From Macrostomum lignano (Eukaryota), in the NCBI GenBank assembly GCA_002269645.1, contig NIVC01002742.1, positions 1-64,000 on the forward strand: a stretch of DNA of 64,000 bases. Reading direction: 5' to 3'. The notes under the pieces are model-generated. The model worked only from the letters and a program-made list of their open reading frames with translations. It had not been told where the DNA came from and made no database searches. Every line of letters starts with the position of its first letter. The first letter of the stretch is position 1. Both the position numbers and the translations under genes were made by a program. This document shows positions 62,601 through 64,000 of this stretch, one piece after another.

Positions 62601-63963
62601 CGCTGGATCTACTTGATGAACCTCTTTGTTGAACATTTTTGATGAACCTCCTTGATTAGCCTCCTTGATGAACCTCCTTGATGAACCTCCTTGAGCCTCC
62701 TTATGAAACTCCTTGATGAACATCTGATGAACTTCCTTGATAAACCTTCTTGGTGAACCTCCTTGATGAACCTCCTTGTTGAACCTCCTTGTTAAAGCTC
62801 TTTGATAAACCTCCTTGATGAACCTCCTTGATCCTCTGTGATGATCATCGTTAAGGCTTAATGAACGTCTGTAACCCTCGCTGCCACACTTCTCTGTGAA
62901 CTGATCAATGAGCGAGCGCTATTTGACTGGCTTCCAATTTGCAGTAATTGAAAGCGTGGAGCACCCAGCTGACTCAGACGGTATCGTGATAAAATTTTCA
63001 AATTGCGGTCACAGTGTCTGCTTGATATCGCTGCTTATAGTAATGTGTCTGTCGCTGTTTGCTTAATTTCTAAACTTTCATTTACCTTTCTTTCAAGCAC
63101 CTTTTTAGCACTCGTGTAGATAAAGCACTTGTGACTTTATCCTTAGCATAGAGCTCATGCTTACGAGCTAATAAATTAGAGACAGTTATGAGCGTAGTTG
63201 ATCTTGGTCTTGCCTTGGCTCTTGATTGGGTCCAGTAGTTTGCAGTAGTTCGTTCGTAGTTTGATGAAAACTATTTTAATAGATTGATCATTAGGTCGAT
63301 CTTATAGTTTACGTAGGAATAAAATGGATTGCTAATCTAGCCAATCATGACAAATAATGGAGTCTAGAATGGATTGCTAATCTAGCCAATCAGGACAAAT
63401 AATGGAGTCTAGAATGGATGGCTAATCTAGCCAATCATGACAAATAATGGAGTCTAGAATGGATTGCTAATCTAGCCAATCATGACAAATAATGGAGTCT
63501 AGAATGGATTGCTAATCTAGCCATTCAAACAATTTTTGGCTAATAGAAGCTCACCACACCAATGCGTTTCCTCTAGTTACTTTTAGTAGTACAGCACGTT
63601 TTTGTTAATACATTTTTCCTATTTGTTAATCTTCATTTCTTGTATTAAATTTTTGCATTTTATTGCATGCCATACAGCCCCTATCCTCCCTCTACAGTTG
63701 CTGCTATTCTGAATTATCTGAATTATCGCTTGCCAATGCAACCCGCAGATCACTCTCGCAGCGTGTCGGACCCGGTTCCATCTGGTCCCACGATTCAACA
63801 ACTGCCGCCGCAGCCGCCTCCGAGGAATGCTTCAGTGTCGGTAAAGCCGCCAGATCGTCCGCCTAGGCTGGCGGCCTCTAGACCACCCGCCGTGCCGCCC
63901 CGACAGAACCCAGGCGGCCGGGTGATCGGCTCTCTGGGTCAGCAGCAGCCGCCGCATGGTTGA
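50562..63963 (+). CDS. SOS: Son of sevenless RasGEF (histone fold-DH-PH-REM-CDC25-proline-rich), 14 exons, ~1429 aa
   Basis: join(50562-50708,51377-51529,52125-52373,52785-53177,53974-55072,56129-56285,56737-56817,57493-57999,58410-58755,59328-59480,60280-60585,61913-62064,62264-62544,63698-63963), 4290 nt in frame. Motifs [54 protein letters not shown]. The start may lie further upstream. Confidence 0.93.
50714..51300. repeat. 20-bp minisatellite TGTCCCAGCTGGCATCTCAG (SOS intron 1)
   Basis: Begins within the donor region. Confidence 0.92.
51377..51529 (+). CDS. SOS: SOS exon 2 (histone fold)
   Basis: [15 protein letters not shown]...EAEDRLVQ; phase 0/0. Confidence 0.85.
51590..52000. repeat. 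20-bp minisatellite TGTCTCATCTGACATCCCAA (SOS intron 2)
   Basis: Tandem units. Confidence 0.92.
52125..52373 (+). CDS. SOS: SOS exon 3 (histone fold)
   Basis: ...[31 protein letters not shown]. Confidence 0.87.
52440..52745. repeat. ~29-37-bp minisatellite GTCATATAAGCTTCTATAGTCAGTAGTAT (SOS intron 3)
   Basis: Two alternating variants. Confidence 0.85.
52785..53177 (+). CDS. SOS: SOS exon 4 (DH domain)
   Basis: [18 protein letters not shown]...[22 protein letters not shown]. Confidence 0.9.
53258..53950. repeat. 22-24-bp minisatellite AATCGCCCCCTGACAGTCTTAAG (SOS intron 4)
   Basis: Tandem units with a sequence gradient. Confidence 0.92.
53974..55072 (+). CDS. SOS: SOS exon 5 (DH end, PH start)
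   Basis: ORF 53980-55113; [17 protein letters not shown]; [15 protein letters not shown]; donor g|gtacgt. Confidence 0.9.
55150..55610. repeat. 21-bp minisatellite GGGACTCTAGATTGGGACTAT (SOS intron 5)
   Basis: Degenerate tandem units. Confidence 0.85.
56129..56285 (+). CDS. SOS: SOS exon 6 (PH end)
   Basis: TFAIEY...[21 protein letters not shown]. Confidence 0.9.
56305..56670. repeat. (TCTG)n/(TG)n microsatellite (SOS intron 6)
   Basis: Direct observation. Confidence 0.93.
56737..56817 (+). CDS. SOS: SOS exon 7 (PH-REM linker)
   Basis: [26 protein letters not shown]; phase 2/2. Confidence 0.75.
56935..57460. repeat. 21-bp minisatellite ATCCCTACACCATAGCAACGA (SOS intron 7)
   Basis: Tandem units. 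Confidence 0.93.
57493..57999 (+). CDS. SOS: SOS exon 8 (REM domain)
   Basis: FLQPDSD...[14 protein letters not shown]...[22 protein letters not shown]...[11 protein letters not shown]. Confidence 0.93.
58045..58345. repeat. 27-bp minisatellite GGGATTCCCTTTATTGAATTGCCACT-type (SOS intron 8)
   Basis: Tandem units. Confidence 0.87.
58410..58755 (+). CDS. SOS: SOS exon 9 (CDC25 start)
   Basis: [17 protein letters not shown]...WMK...APNV...NLEER. Confidence 0.93.
58765..59225. repeat. 31-bp minisatellite GATTCCTCATGATTGGCTGGGGATTGTGGGC (SOS intron 9)
   Basis: 31-nt period. Confidence 0.93.
59328..59480 (+). CDS. SOS: SOS exon 10 (CDC25)
   Basis: [14 protein letters not shown]...IRLQHTW. Confidence 0.9.
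59560..60260. repeat. 21-22-bp minisatellite AATCTCAGCGAATCTCACCCC (SOS intron 10)
   Basis: Two AATCTCA half-units; drifts to TGTCTCAATCGAATCTCACCCC. Confidence 0.88.
60280..60585 (+). CDS. SOS: SOS exon 11 (CDC25 helical hairpin)
   Basis: [20 protein letters not shown]...[14 protein letters not shown]. Confidence 0.88.
60586..61890. repeat. 22-bp minisatellite GATAAAGCTTCAGGGTCATTCA with higher-order variants (SOS intron 11)
   Basis: Occupies nearly the whole intron from the donor onward. Confidence 0.95.
61913..62064 (+). CDS. SOS: SOS exon 12 (CDC25 end)
   Basis: SIDPMGD...[15 protein letters not shown], resembling NLNPMG...YLFNKSLEIEPR. Confidence 0.85.
62264..62544 (+). CDS. SOS: SOS exon 13 (low-complexity tail)
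   Basis: [15 protein letters not shown]...HHHHHQQ; phases 2/1 fit. Confidence 0.75.
62610..62830. repeat. 13-bp repeat TGATGAACCTCCT (SOS intron 13)
   Basis: Degenerate tandem units. Confidence 0.8.
63322..63525. repeat. 45-bp repeat GAGTCTAGAATGGATTGCTAATCTAGCCAATCATGACAAATAATG (SOS intron 13)
   Basis: About 4.5 copies. Confidence 0.9.
63698..63963 (+). CDS. SOS: SOS last exon (proline-rich SH3-binding tail)
   Basis: [21 protein letters not shown]; phase-1 acceptor ctctacag|; stop TGA. Confidence 0.8.
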
Positions 63964-64000
63964 ATACTTTAACAAAGGCTAGGCCTGATGCTAAAAATTA

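Noticed and set aside
619-63963. Cas and SOS as a functional signalling gene cluster
   Set aside because: They are 42 kb apart with unrelated genes between; no evidence beyond proximity.

Overview
Eukaryotic (animal) genomic DNA; no rRNA, tRNA or CRISPR array seen. Four spliced host genes were rebuilt by hand from GT-AG sites with consistent phases: a Cas-family adaptor (p130Cas/BCAR1-like, +, 619-8170), a minimal hunchback-like C2H2 gene (+, 11868-13015), an NCX/SLC8 Na+/Ca2+ exchanger (-, 30031-15234) and a Son-of-sevenless RasGEF (+, 50562-63963). An AT-rich spacer of about 16 kb (30.1-46 kb) holds DNA transposons: an intact, intron-containing Sola2-like transposase with a C-terminal PHD finger, two Tc1 deletion derivatives, a hAT-type element with 8-bp TSD and MITEs. 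The main structural signal is that 21 of 23 host-gene introns each carry their own tandem array, many with 20-24 bp units, while the spacer carries none. One intronic array is an expansion of an internal repeat of a hAT-type MITE whose intergenic sister copy has only about 3 units. The style resembles Macrostomum-type flatworm genomes (inference, not verified). Most long ORFs in the supplied track are repeat artefacts. All coordinates and homologies were read by eye and compared with sequences recalled from memory; no searches were run.
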